DNA from: Callorhinchus milii
Taxonomy: Eukaryota
DNA: 64,000 nucleotides
Direction: 5' to 3'
Assembly (NCBI RefSeq): GCF_018977255.1
Contig: NW_024704743.1
Location: 101,868,001 to 101,932,000, forward strand
Shown here: in pieces, positions 1-12,499 of the stretch
Numbering within the stretch: position 1 is the first letter of the stretch
How the letters are laid out: the number at the start of each line of letters is the position of its first letter
The notes under the pieces: generated by a model
The model's database searches: none
What the model was told of the DNA's origin: nothing
The model's input: only the letters and a program-made list of their open reading frames with translations
Translations under genes and position numbers: made by a program

Positions 1-272
1 TGAGAGACCTGAGTTCAATTCCAGGCAGGGCGAAACCTTGGGCAAGTTTCCTTACTCCACACGCCTAATAATAATCCCTCCAAAACCAAAAACAATAATA
101 AATTGGTCATTTTCAATCCACGACTGTCTGTGGGACACTGCTGTGTGCAATTGGCTGCCACGTTCGCCCACAAATATACAGTCAATTCACTTTACAGTGT
201 GTTCTGTGAAGCGCTTTGGGACGTCCTCCCGACGTGAAAAGCACTATATCAAATGCAAGGATTATTATTAAT
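1..272 (+). mobile_element. tRNA-Ala-derived SINE, short subfamily (5' end cut by window edge)
   Basis: B-box GAGTTCAATTCC, body near-identical to copies at 19381, 43266 and 52138; L2-like tail GGGACGTCCTCCCGACGTGAAAAG followed by (TTA)n. Confidence 0.93.
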
Positions 273-499
273 TATTTTTAAAAAGATTACAATGGTAGCA
301 TAGATTAGATTATCTCATGAACACACAAAGCAACTCGCACAGGCGGAGGAGCTGGGCATAATCAAGGCTTTTACTGATTTTTGTGGTGTAAATGAGAATC
401 TAATGCTGTTGAACAACATCAATGGTTGAAATTATACCTTGACTTATCAGGGTTCTTGTTTATTGGGCAATATGTGTGTTGAATGTATAGTTATTGTCA

Positions 500-795
500 T
501 TGAATATGTGTTGACTCCCCATCTCCTCTGTGCCACTATTACTATTGGTGGCCGAGTCTTTGGTTACTACACTCCTAACTTCTGGAACTCCCTACCTCTA
601 CCCCTCCTTCTCATCCCCTTTCTATCTATCCTGAAATCTGGCCTTAAAGCTTAACCTTTCAACTATGCCTATGCCATGTCTCCCTTTCCCAATCCCACTC
701 AACCTTCTCTCTTAGGTTGTCTGACCCCCATCAATGTGAAGTTCTCTGAGATGTACCTATGTAAAGGGCACCATATAAATGTAAGTTGCTGTTGA
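500..795 (+). mobile_element. Degraded L2 LINE 3' fragment
   Basis: Translates to TIGGRVF...NFWNSLP...LKSGLK (L2 ORF2 C-terminus); tail ATAAATGTAAGTTGCTGTTG. Confidence 0.7.
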
Positions 796-879
796 ACGAA
801 GCAATTTGAAGTAGATAGTTCGCAGTGGTTCCAAAGTTTTTTCCCATCTGAGAATCTCTTGTTCACACGATTATTATTA

Positions 880-1127
880 ATACAGCAACTTGCACTTATA
901 TCGCGCCCTCCATACAGGGTAGAGTCCCAGAGCGGACAGTGGCGGAGCCTGACTCCAAGCCTAGAGAAGCGAGATGACCGTAAGCATGGTCGAAAAGGAA
1001 GGTTTTCAGACGGGACTTGAAAAAAGGAAGAGAAAGGGCAAGGCAGCGCGATTGAGGGAGAGTGTTCCACAGTTTTGGAGCATCGTGGCTGAAAGCGTGA
1101 CCTCCAATGGTGGAGCGGAGGTTGCAA
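880..1127 (-). mobile_element. L2 LINE 3' fragment (tail type 2)
   Basis: Minus strand reads CCTCCGCTCCACCATTGGAGGTCACGCTTTCAGCC and the tail GGGACTCTACCCTGTATGGAGGGCGCGATATAAGTGCAAGTTGCTG. Confidence 0.8.
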
Positions 1128-1819
1128 AATACTAGTGTTAATACTACTTTTAACAGCTACATTTGTTTATATCACACCTTTTATAAAAAACAAAATACCT
1201 TGAAGCACTGTACAAATTATAAATGATTGGTTCTCGAGTAACTGCAGAAATATCCATCAGCCATATAGACATTGGGAAGTCTTCAGTGGAATGAAAATGA
1301 TCAAAGTCAGTAAATGAAGGGAAACATAAACTGGATGCATTTCTGGAGGATGTTGCTAAGGTGGTTCCACTTCAAGCATTGAGGAGTACAGCTGGCAAGC
1401 AGATATTTTTCTACATGGGGAGTTAGTAACTATAGCAATGATTTTTGTGTAGAATGTTGACTTAAAATTAGTTCACCAGCAGATCCCTTCAGTGAGCCCA
1501 ATGCATAAACATTAAGGGGCAGCATTGAACAGTTATGAGAACAAACATCCATGTTCATGGTAAAAGGAAGCATCAATGGCAAAACTTGAAAAGCCATCCA
1601 CTGGCATGTTCATAGTGAGATATAAAGTGCATTTTATAGGTGAATGTGGTAACCAATTTGCAAACAACAACATCCCACAATCAGTTATGAAGTGAATTAT
1701 CAGTTTTAACAGGGAGATTGTTGGCCAGGATACTGGGAGAAATTCTGTTCTCTTTTTAAATAGTGCCATGGAATATTTAATGTTCACCTGAAAAGGATGA
1801 CATTGGCAATATGTGTTTA

Positions 1820-2205
1820 TGTGTCAGCTTGACTCAGTTGGTGGAACTCTAGTCTCTGAGTCAGATGGTTGTGAGTTCAAGCTGTACAATGAGTCTTAGA
1901 ATCACATTGTCTAAGATGACACTCCAATGAGATGCTGGTGCTGCATTGTTGGAAGTGCCGTCCTTCAGATGAGACATTAAACTGTCCCACAGCATTATTC
2001 GAAAAGAGAAGGGAGTTTCTCCCAAGGTCCTGGCCAATAATTCCACCAAATAAAAAAATGGTTATTCACTCCATGGTTGTTTGTGGGACATTGCTGAGTA
2101 CAAACTGTCTTTTGGATTTTGACCACATACAATATATCCTGTGAAGTACTGTGAAATGTCTTGATGATGTGATAAGACACTGTATCAAATGCAAAGATTA
2201 TTATT
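1820..2205 (+). mobile_element. Old Deu-domain SINE (SacSINE1/AmnSINE1-like)
   Basis: tRNA-like A/B boxes (GACTCAGTTGG, GAGTTCAAGC); Deu core GCTGCATTGTTGGAAGTGCCGTCCTTCAGATGAGACATTAAAC; tail AAATGCAAAGATTATTATT. Confidence 0.8.
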
Positions 2206-2377
2206 AAAGTATCAGGAGAGGAGACCTTTCGCAACTCCTTATCCCAATGTCACCGAACATGATTGGGGTGACTCAATGGCTGCTCTTACTTCGATAAGCT
2301 AACTCATCATAGATCAGGATTTCAACATATAACTTTCTAGCCTACATTGCTCAGTGTCATGTTGGTTGATGTCTTGT

Positions 2378-2709
2378 GGAGTCCTGTAGCTCAGTGGTTA
2401 GATCACTCGCCTTGCAATCTGGGATCGATGCCTCTGCTTATTTAGCAGTAAGTGGGAACCAAGTTGTTAGTTGATAGGCAGATCACTTCTTCAGGGATAA
2501 TAATCCCTCAAAAAAAATAATAATAATAATTTAGTCACTCAATTTGGTCACGACTGTTTGTGGGACACTGCTGTGCGCAATTGGCTACTGCGATTCACCC
2601 ACAATCAATTCACTTTACAGTATATTCTGTGAAGCGCTTTAAGATATCTAGAAGATGTGAAAAGTGCAATATCAAATGCAAGGATTATTATTATTACTAT
2701 TATTATTAT
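2378..2709 (+). mobile_element. tRNA-Ala-derived SINE, long subfamily (internal deletion)
   Basis: Head GGAGTCCTGTAGCTCAGTGGTTAGA; long-form segment GCCTCTGCTTATTTAGCAGTAAGTGGGAACC; (TTA)n tail. Confidence 0.85.
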
Positions 2710-3909
2710 GTCTGTACATATTGTGTCATCGATGGAGGGAGTACTGAGATAATATTTCTATCTGACATTAAGCTTGCCAATGTGAAATTTCAAAATATCC
2801 ACATGGGGTCAGTAAAAGCACGTGCTAGTATTGTATCTATTGAAATTTTTTGTTCTTTTTATTGCTAATGTTTTGGGAAAATCAGACGACTCGCTTAACT
2901 CATATCACCCCTTCACCAATTCACTTTCTTAATCTCTCCCTCTTCGGTTGAAATGTTGAACAGAGTTCCTGTCTTGCTGTTTAATTTGACATTCTAGATC
3001 CCATGGCACTGTTTGGAAATATTCATTTATTTTGGGAGATGATTCCAAAATAAAAATAATTAATTGATTGCAGCCATTTCGCCTTCAGGTTCAACTGTAT
3101 TCAGGGCATTTAATTTAGCCAAGACATACATCATTCATTGATTTCTACTTAATATGAACATTTTAAAATCAATTTGATTAATGTATTCACCATTAACATG
3201 AAATTGGTTTTACATGACAGCTAATTCACTTTGCTTTCTCTTGAGAAATATGCAGAGCTACATATAGTTTTCATTGAAAGCCTGACAGGGGTAGATTGGA
3301 AATCGTTGAATGCTGGACTATTCCTTAAAGAACTCTGTTTTTCGAGACAAGTATGGAGAAAGTCAAGTACTCTCTTGAATTGCTTTGGGTCTTCTTGAGA
3401 AATATACATAATTATAAGAACTTTTCATTGAATTCAAGACTGAGTTCTATTTGAAATGATTGATTTGTACTTCACCAGAGTGTGAGAGAAAGTCTCAAGT
3501 ACTGTCTTGTCTCCCACAGTTACTAATTAGCCTAATATTGCATGCGCTAACTTTCACCCAGTTATACATGATTATACTATAGGTTAGTTCAAGTGCTCTT
3601 GCATGCTTACCCTGCGTGAGGGGCGCTATGTAAATGCAAGTTGTTGTTCAGATAAATTGGTTTTACAGTCTGTTATTATACATTTGGATGCACCAAGAAA
3701 GTACAGCAAAAGGACAGGGATTTAGAGTTGCAAAGGATAATTTCAGGACAACCACCAGAGAATAATTAATGCCTGGAACAGATTGCCATTGAAGTTAGGA
3801 CTGATCTAACAAAACACAGTTTAAATGCTGTGATGGGAGAAAAGTAGGATAGGTATTCCGGTAGGAGGAGATCAAATTGGCTTAGACCCTGAAGAAAATT
3901 CTTGCTGTG

Positions 3910-4105
3910 CTGTGGGATCTTTAATGTCCATCCTCAGTTTAATCACTCATCTGAAGGACGACACCCCCAATAATGAAACACTCAACCAGCAGTGAGCTGG
4001 AGTCCAGTCTAAACTGTGAGTTCAGAATCCTGATGTGGGACTTAATTCCATAACCTTCTGAATCAGACACGGGAACGCTACCAACTGAGCCAATCTGAGA
4101 CCTAA
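3910..4105 (-). mobile_element. Old Deu-domain SINE 5' part
   Basis: Minus strand TTGGCTCAGTTGGTAGC...TGATTCAGAAGG; plus strand GGGATCTTTAATGTCCA is the Deu core in reverse. Confidence 0.7.
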
Positions 4106-4561
4106 ATAGCCATTCACTGAATGAGCTTTTAGCTTTAAATGTGGAACTGAACAAATGCCTTCTGAAAATTCATGTGAAATATCACACTATATATTCTTCA
4201 TCAAACAGTTTACTTAGCTCCTCAGATAATTACAGTAGATTGTGATGCTCAAAAAATGTATTACTTCTCAATCTATGCTGACTACTTGAGTAGTTTCTGT
4301 GCTCTTAAATGAATAATTGATAAGACCTTGTATAATGCAATCGAGTATTATCCTTCCAGAGATATGAAACTATAATTTCCACTCTCAAGCCTTGCTCTTT
4401 CTCTGAAGAGATGGATATATTTTGCTACTCTCCAGTTCTGAGGTAGAATTCCAATGTTTATGAAATGCTAAGAATATTATCCAGAGCTTCCTTTAATTTC
4501 TTGGTATTCTAGATTGTATCCTGGCTGGAACCTATTTTGAAACTGTTGATTTGTTTGAGTT

Positions 4562-5007
4562 TCGAATTCAAGATCCTCATCCTCACCTACAAGGCCATTC
4601 ACCGCCTTGCTCCCTCCTACCTCTCCGACCTACTATCCCCCTATCTACCCGCCCGTACCCTCCGTTCCTCTGGCTCTGGTCTGCTCCACATCCCCCGCCC
4701 CAACCGCCCTACTATCGGTGGCCGGGCCTTCAGCCTCTCAGCCCCGAGGCTCTGGAACTCTATCCCCCAGTGCCTTCGCCGCCTCCTCCCTTTCCTCCTT
4801 CAAGGCCGGTCTCAAGACCTTTCTCTTTGACCGTGCCTTCAGCTCCCCTCTCGACTCTCTACCCCCTCCTCGCTCCCTCCCTTCCCTCCCCTCACCCTGA
4901 CCATATCCCCCCTGCTCGGGTCCTGACCCAATTGTACAGGGCCTTGGGACGTCCTCCCGACGTGAAAGGCGCTCAATAAATGGAATCTTGTTGTTGTTGT
5001 TGTTGTT
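4562..5007 (+). mobile_element. Young 5'-truncated L2 LINE (tail type 1)
   Basis: EFKILILTYKAIHRLAPSYLSDLL...IGGRAFSLSAPRLWNSIP; (TTG)n tail; nearly identical to 37510-37954. Confidence 0.95.
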
Positions 5008-5927
5008 TCTACCATTATACATGCTGTACTGAAATCAATTAAAAACTAGTAGCTGAATTTAACTAATTATATGAATTAGGTTAAGATAAATTTTGCTAGC
5101 AGTTTGCAGAGGAGGCTGTCAATATTTTTGAAATGAGCTCAACAATGTATGCAGCAGGTGTATTGAGTCTGCAAATTAAGATCATTTTCATCTCTAATCA
5201 ATATTTTGACCTATAAGACATTCCATTCAATAGCTCCTTATTACCTCGGCTTCCTTCCTGCTAGTTATTTGTTGTTTGATGTCTTATCGATGATACCCAG
5301 TGATATTAAAGTGTAAAAGCATTTCTCATGTGATACCTTTCAAAACTTTTTAGAAGCCTAGTTACATTATATATTTTGCTTTCAGCTGTATTAAGATCTA
5401 CAAGACGCTGCCCTGCGTGGAGGGTCCTATATAAATGCAAGTTGTTGCTGTTGTTGTTATCTATCTGTTGATCCATTTTGTGGCATTTTTCTGGAGACAT
5501 TATGAATACCACATGTGATTGATTAATGTGGAGAGACTTCCAACAAAAGCCACCTTCGTTAATTTATTTTTCCAAGCAAATATCAATTGAACACAATAGG
5601 CGAGAAATAAACCAACAGCAAAGACAATGCTGATGAGAAGACAGCAGTGGTCAGTGTCAGCAAGAGTTCCAGTGCTTAGCTGAGCTAAACCGTCAGGAAC
5701 CAATACCAAATGAATTGCCTGCAGCAATAAACACAAATTGCTCCCAGCATATGTGCAGTCATGTCAATAATCTAGCGCTTACTCACACACAGGCCGTGCT
5801 ATCAAAATATTTAACAGTTTCATGAATTCTAGGTCTGTATCCAAACCTTTCAAAAAGCAATTTAAAAAAATGTTTGCAAGGATGGACATGAGGTGGTCAA
5901 ATACTCTTCAGACAATGATGGTTCCTT

Positions 5928-6533
5928 GATAGAGTACAAGAGTAGGGAAGTCTTGCTGCAACTGTATAGGGCCTTGGTGAGACCACACCTGGAGTATTGT
6001 GTGCAGTTTTGGTCTCCTTATTTAAAAAAGGACATACTTGCCCTAGAGGGGGTGCAGCGTAGATTCATTAGGTTAGTTCCTGGGATGACGGGACTGACCA
6101 ATGAGGATAGGCTGAATAAACTAGGGCTGTATTCTCTAGAATACAGAAGAATTAGGGGAGATCTTATTGAAACATATAAGATTCTTAAAGGGCTGGATAA
6201 AGTAGACACTGAGGGTCTGTTTCCCCTGGTAGGAGAATCTATAACCAGGGTTCACAGTCTTAAAATTAAGGGTCAGCCTTTTAGAACAGAGTTGAGGAAA
6301 CATTTCTTCACTCAGAGGGTAGTGAATTTATGGAATTTACTACCCCAGAAGGCTGAACATCTTCAAGGCTGAGACTGATAGATTTTTAAAAAACAGAGGG
6401 ATTAGGGGATATGGGGATAGGGCAGGTAATTAGAGTTAGGTCAGAAGATCAGCCATGATCTTATCGAATGGCGGGGCAGGCTCGAGGGGCCGAATGGCCT
6501 AATCCTGCTCTTAATTCTTATGTTCTTATGTTT
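5928..6533 (+). mobile_element. 5'-truncated CR1 LINE (ORF2 C-terminus and 3' UTR)
   Basis: LYRALVRPHLEYCVQFWSPY...LEYRRIRGDLIETYKIL...FFTQRVVNLWN; tail GGGCCGAATGGCCT...TCTTATGTTCTTATG. Confidence 0.95.
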
Positions 6534-8827
6534 CAGTGATGCTGGCATCAAGGATATGTACAACAATCTCCTCAGTGCCGGTTTCAAGGTTGTCTCAATA
6601 TTCTTGATTATCCATGGATGATAGGAAAAATATTATCTTCCACACGGACTCACCTGTGGTTTGCCTCCATCACAAACTGAATTAAAGAAATAGTTAGAAA
6701 ACTATTCTTCACCTAGATAGTGGATGGAATCTGAAATTCTGTAAGATCATGCTTTTTTAAAAAGATAAATCAATAAACGTTTGAAAAAGTAAAATATTGT
6801 TGTAAGTGGTGAAGGACAACAACAATTTACATTGTCTCAAAATCTTTAACAGAACTAACTGGGAGTCTGAGCTAGAACAGTTCACACTTAAATCTGGCAA
6901 TACAGTAGTTATAGGTGATTTGGCCAGTTTATACATCATTGGTAATGACTATGCATTGAAATTTACCTAAAGGGTAGATTGAATCTGGAATTCAACAAAA
7001 GTCAACAAATGAGTTACCATTCATTGGATTTTCCTAAAAATAGTTTGAAGTGCTTTGAGATGTATCTCTGCTCTCTCTATATGAAATGTACTATGGTGAT
7101 AATAATACAATAATAATAATAATTCTTTCACAAGGGAGGAATGGAATTTTTAAAGCGCTTCACAGGAGTTACTGTAAAGTATAGTGACTGTGTATTTTGT
7201 AGGCTATATAATGCAGATTGTTGTTGTAGTAGTAATTAAAATTGCCCCAAATCAGGAATTGTGTTGTTCACTTTAGCCTTTTTTGGCCCTTTTAGGCAAT
7301 TTTTATCAATTGACACTTAAACTACCTTATCTCTTCTTGAAACACTTTGATTTATAGCATTTTTATGAAAAGTAGTGGCACTATTTCTAAAAGTCAAGGT
7401 GAATCATACAAAATAGTTCAAGGTTAGGTACTTAATTTACAGAACATGGACGATAAAAGATGACATGTGAATTTCTAGCCTGTTAAACTACTAACACATG
7501 CTGAAGATCTGGTATAAACTTCTGCGGGATTAATGGGTGCCAAATGATGCAGGGTAGATGATAGAAAGGAGAGAAAATGATTGAAAAATGTATGCCTATA
7601 AGCAACGGAGCTTGTTCTGCTTTTGTCATAAGATTTTTAACACCTATCAATAAATGGTGAAAGGCTATTTATGGATTAAATTTTCTTTTAAGCAGAATTT
7701 TTAGCCCATATCTAAACTGCCTTCATGCATTCAATAATAAGACTTACACAATCTGTTTCCATGGCAAGCATGCATGAAAATGTAGGTGGTTTTGTAAAAT
7801 ATTCTAGGAAATAATGGATTGAAAAATGTGACAGGGAATGTGTCAGTTCTAAGATTTAAATTTTTCATTAGTGATAATTATCACATTGCATGTTCCACTG
7901 TTCCATTAATATCAACATTCAAACATTTGTGTCATATTCAACTTGTTTTTTTTAAAGCTCTGTACATCTGCCAATGTATTGTAATGAACAAGTGGTGAGA
8001 ATGTTTTCATGCATTGCTCTAAAAATTAAATGAAATACAAGTGATAACAGATATGCACGCACTAATATCAAAAATAAATAAAATCAGTGGAATGGAATAT
8101 TAAATACATGATTATTATGAAGGTTAATGACTTACTGATGTTTGGAGTCAGTTACACAATATCTCATCAGCAACAAGCAGTGTGATATTGACCTGACACC
8201 ACCTAATTATAGGCTTCTTTGTAGGAGCCATATGAGATTTCAATCTAGCACTGCAATTTGTACAGTAGAGAGCTCCGGATAAATTAAACCAAGTCATTGA
8301 AACAAAGAGTAATCAATCAAACTAAGCCCACTCTTTACCAAGGTGGCCCCAAAGGACATCTGTCCCAGAAGATATAACCTTCACTCAAATCAGTGCTAAG
8401 GATCGTGCTACTGATCCTTCATAGCCAAAACAAAGAATGAAGAGCACCTCTGTAGCACATTCCACTTCAATTTATTTGTGGCTGCAAGTGATTTGGCCTC
8501 AAGTGCCTGATTATTATTACTGTATTTATGGTTATCATGGAGGAGAATTCTCATAGATAAATGATGTATCTTTGCTGCCAGCAATTGGAAAAGCAAGATG
8601 ATCCATAATTCTAACCAACTTTGTGCAAAAAAGCAGTGAAAGATTGCTTAACACGTACAATCAAGCAAGATAAACGTGGTGGCAATTATCCTGCCACAGA
8701 ATAATCATGTCAAGTGGATGTCTCAAAGTTTCACAGGATTTACTGTAAGTGTAGTTACTGTGTATTTTGTGGAAAAAATGCAACAGCAATGTGCCAAAAA
8801 CAACGATGATCAATTTTATCTGGGGAA

Positions 8828-9214
8828 TAAATAAAATGCAAAATACTGCAGATGCTGGAAATCTGAAACAAAAACAAAAGTCACTGGGAACACTCAGCAG
8901 GTCAGGCAGCATCTATAGAGAAAGAAAAATGAGTCAAAGTTTCGGGTCCACAACTCTTCGTCAGAACTGGGGCATTTTGAGAGGGAGAGACTTTTAAGAG
9001 CTAACAGAGAGGGGGGAGGCAGGGCAAGGAAGACAAAGGAGAAAATGGGGAGAGGACAGGGGATGATGGGCTAAAGAAGTGTTAATGATGCAAAACAAAT
9101 GGGGGGATTGCAACAAAACAGGGGAATAGAGGTGTTAATATGCAAAACAAAGTGGGGGGAATTACAACAAAATAGGCAGACCAAAGAGAGAAAAGGTGTT
9201 TCTGGGACCCAGAT
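8828..9214 (-). mobile_element. Penelope-like element terminus/3' region, interrupted by an L2; probably resumes at about 9923-9980
   Basis: 8830-8970 is the reverse complement of the 40526-40661 unit and contains the hammerhead core CTGACGA...GAAAC; pyrimidine-rich tract on the minus strand. Confidence 0.7.
8932..8968 (-). ncRNA. Degenerate type I hammerhead ribozyme motif
   Basis: Minus strand AGTT-CTGACGA-AGAGTTGTGGACCC-GAAAC-TTT-GACT; core intact, stem II and cleavage triplet mutated. Confidence 0.55.
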
Positions 9215-9220
9215 GATGTG

Positions 9221-9923
9221 GTCAGGCGCTGACAGCATCAGCATCCAAGGCTGCACTCTCCACCTCTCAAAGCGAGTCAGGAACCTTGGTGCTCTGTTTG
9301 ACCCTGAACTGTCCTTTCTTCCCCACATCCGCGCCACAGCTGGCACTGCCTTCCACCAGCTCCGGAACATCGCCAGACTACGGCACTACCTCACCCCTCA
9401 CGCTGCTGAAACACTGGTCCACGCCTTTATCACCTCAAGCCTGGACTACGGGAACTCTCTCCTCGTCAGCCTTCCCGCCACCTCCCTCCACAAGCTGCAG
9501 GTCATTCAGATCACTGCAGCTCGTGTACTGTCCCGCACCAGGCTTCGCGACCACATCACTCCCACCCTCGCTCGCCTCCACTGGCTCCCCATTCCCCAGA
9601 GGAACCCCAGAGGATTGAATTCAAGATCCTCATCCTCACCTACAAGGCCATTCACGGCCTTGCACCCTCCTACCTCTACGACCTACTATCCCCCTACTTA
9701 CCTGCCCTTCGCCTTGCTTCCTCCCTTTCCTCCTTCAAGGCCGGTCTCAAGACCTTTCTCTTCAGCCATGCCTTCAGCTCCCCTCTTAACTCGCTACCCC
9801 CTCCTCACTCCCACCCTTCCCTCCCCTCACTCTAACCATTTTCCCCCTGCTCAGGCCTTGGGACGTCCTCCCGATGTGAAGGGCGCTTTATAAATGCAAT
9901 CTTGTTGCTGTTGTTGTTGTTGT
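9221..9923 (+). mobile_element. 5'-truncated L2 LINE with 11-bp duplication and internal deletion
   Basis: VRNLGALFDPELSF...AETLVHAFITSSLDYGNSLL...HITPTLARLHWLPIPQR; type 1 tail with (TTG)n. Confidence 0.93.
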
Positions 9924-11269
9924 AATGGTCAAAGAAGAGGGGGAGGGGGAAGGTGAGCTGTTATGGTCCGAAATGTTAGTTTGTGCACTCTTCAAACTAA
10001 CATTCAGACTCCAGTAATGAACTTTAATTTTTAGATAATGTGGATTTCAGGTTCTGAGGTCCTCATGTTCAGATTAAGGTTAAAAATCAATGCTGTTAAT
10101 CTGATGCTAGTCTTATAAAAACTGGATTAATTCCTCACAGCAATCATATAATCAGGGAATAATGAATATAGTCATAGTCACTGGTTGGTTATTTGATTTC
10201 TGCCAAGTGTAGGTTTGAGCCTTTACTAGATTAATATCAGGTACAAGGAGCTCCCTGTGAGCTTCCTGGTGGGCAGTACAGCTCAGCATGAAATGCGTGA
10301 GAGCATTGGCACCATTTTGCTGTCACTCGGACACACATCCCTTATCACTGAACTGTAGTTATAATAATAATAATAATAAAAATCCTTGCATTTGATATAG
10401 CGCTTTTTACGTTGGAGGTGCGGAGCTTGACCAGCAGCTGATTATCTCTCTGCAAATTATTCAAGTGGATTCTTAGCACTGGATGTACGAAGATGTGTTT
10501 TCCAATTCAGGCTAAAGGTAAAGACTTCCAATGGCTGTCCTCCCACGTCTCAGAGTTTCCTCATGAGCTATCTCATGGACATCTGCTTTCAGCATGGTGG
10601 GAGAACCTTTACAGGACATCTTGTGACATGCCAGCCTCCTTGAACTTCTCAAGGTCCAAGTCCAATGTTGTGTACCAGGCTTTCTCAGCATCAGCTGCTT
10701 AATCCAGGTCCTCATGTAATGTGCCTTGCACGCTGTGAAGCTGATGGTTTCTCCAGGGTGCTCAGTGACTGGTCAGTGTAGACCAGAGCTGTCCCTCCCT
10801 GGAGCCACTTCCCGTGTTTTCCACAATTCCACTTCACTGCTTGAGCCTGCACTTTGCAAATTGGCCACATGACGCCTCTCAGCCACATCCTCAGGAGCCC
10901 AGATCCATAAAGGATGACTGTTCATCCATGGATGCACACTCTACCTCACTGAGCTAGTCTGGAACATTGGCTTCTTGTTTGACCTTCAACTGTCCTTTCT
11001 ATCCCACATCCATGCTAATTCTGCTCTGCCTTCCCCCACAAGCTTTCCCTGCATTGGAATCTTGAGGTCCATGAGATGAGCATGACCAGAGTTGTTAAGA
11101 CATCTTCAGCATATTCATTCAATATCCAATATCCATTCAATGCTGTTATCTGTTGTTGTGCAAGGCAAAGTATGTTTCTTCAGATTCTGATGCAGCTGAT
11201 ACCTATCAAGTCTGCAATCTGGTGGGCTGCTTTACATTCCATATATTAAATCATCACTCAATCTACGTT

Positions 11270-11482
11270 TAGGTGCCACCCTGTCTCAGTAAGTAGCAAT
11301 TTTGCCTCTGAATCCGAAGGTTGTATGTTTGAGCCCCATGGAGGGACTTTGAGGTAATCGTCTAAACTGATACTCCAGTGCAGTGGTGGGAGAGGCTGCA
11401 ATGTCGAAGGTGCCGTCCTAGAGCTGACATGTCAAACCTAGATCCTATCTATTAAATCAGGAGGATGTTAAAGATCCCATTT
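11270..11482 (+). mobile_element. Old Deu-domain SINE 5' half
   Basis: CTCAGTAAGTAGC...GCCTCTGAATCCGAAGGTTG...GCTGCAATGTCGAAGGTGCCGTCC...GATGTTAAAGATCCCAT. Confidence 0.7.
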
Positions 11483-11929
11483 TTGAATTTGAAAAATTGA
11501 ATTTGAAAAGAGAGCTTTAATGCTGAGCTAAACTGGTTCTAATATGGCAGCAAAGGTGAGGCCTGCAGCTACATTTGAAGACTTCTCTGTGTTAATGTTG
11601 GTGTAGCTTCTTGAAAGCCGTGGAGATGCATCTCACCTCATCCAGTTATATTGAGCTGTTTTGGATATTGTGATTTGGATTCAGGAACAGCTTAACAACT
11701 CGTGTAGAAACTAGTGTAGGGAAGTTGAAAGAGACCCGGTAAAATGTATCTGACTGAAAAGTGTCACAATCAAAGCAGCCAAGGAAGCTCCTAGAGGGAA
11801 CTGAATATTCCCTCCCATACTAATGATGGTGTATCTAATAAACCACCTAATTTACTGACTTCTCCTGAAATTTTGAATTGTATGATATTTTGCTTGGTCA
11901 TTTCTGAACGGGGCAATGTTGGCAGCTGG

Positions 11930-12225
11930 TGTTTATTGCCCATCCCCTGATGGTATCGCTGTAATTTCAGGTCATTTCACCAAGCATTAGGAGTCAACTA
12001 CACAGTGTGGGACTAGAGTCATGCATGGGCCAGACTGAGTAAGGATGGATGATTTACTTCCCTGAAGGAAGTCAGCGAGCCACTTAGAATTTTTACAGAA
12101 GTATAACTTTGTGGTGATATTTTTGGTTTTAGCTCCAATTATTAATCATTTAGAATTTAAATGACATTGTGGGATTTAAACCCCGGATCTTAGGAAGACC
12201 ATTCACATTAACATGACAGTATGGA
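11930..12225 (-). mobile_element. Degraded interspersed repeat, probably tRNA-headed SINE
   Basis: B-box-like GGGTTTAAATCCC on the minus strand near 12180; body resembles a shark interspersed repeat as I recall it; single copy in window. Confidence 0.4.
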
Positions 12226-12499
12226 CCCTGTTACACTTGAGGTCATGTTTCTGTCTCTTACTGTGGTTCAGGATGGTGTTAGAATAAGCTTAGTTAAAGG
12301 AACTAAGATTGCGCGCAAAGTAAGACAACTGCTTGCATTGCTGAAAGTGTAGTTTAGTCGCAACTAGAGGTTATTAAAGGGCATTAGGACTCGCTTAAGC
12401 TGGCTGGAAGTGGCTGGTATAGGATAGCCGAGGGTCTGTGGAGTGGGAAGACAGGAGATAAATCAGGATTCGGTTAAAAAGGTCAATAATCAGCTTCTG

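Noticed and set aside
38..271. Recurrent ORF MGKFPYSTRLIII... (also 19155, 24984, 43224, 52216)
   Set aside because: Incidental frame (TTG start) of the SINE consensus, not a gene family
3221..3409. Possible minus-strand exon EDPKQFKRVLDFL...
   Set aside because: Weak splice sites, unrecognised peptide, phase not compatible with the nearest upstream candidate
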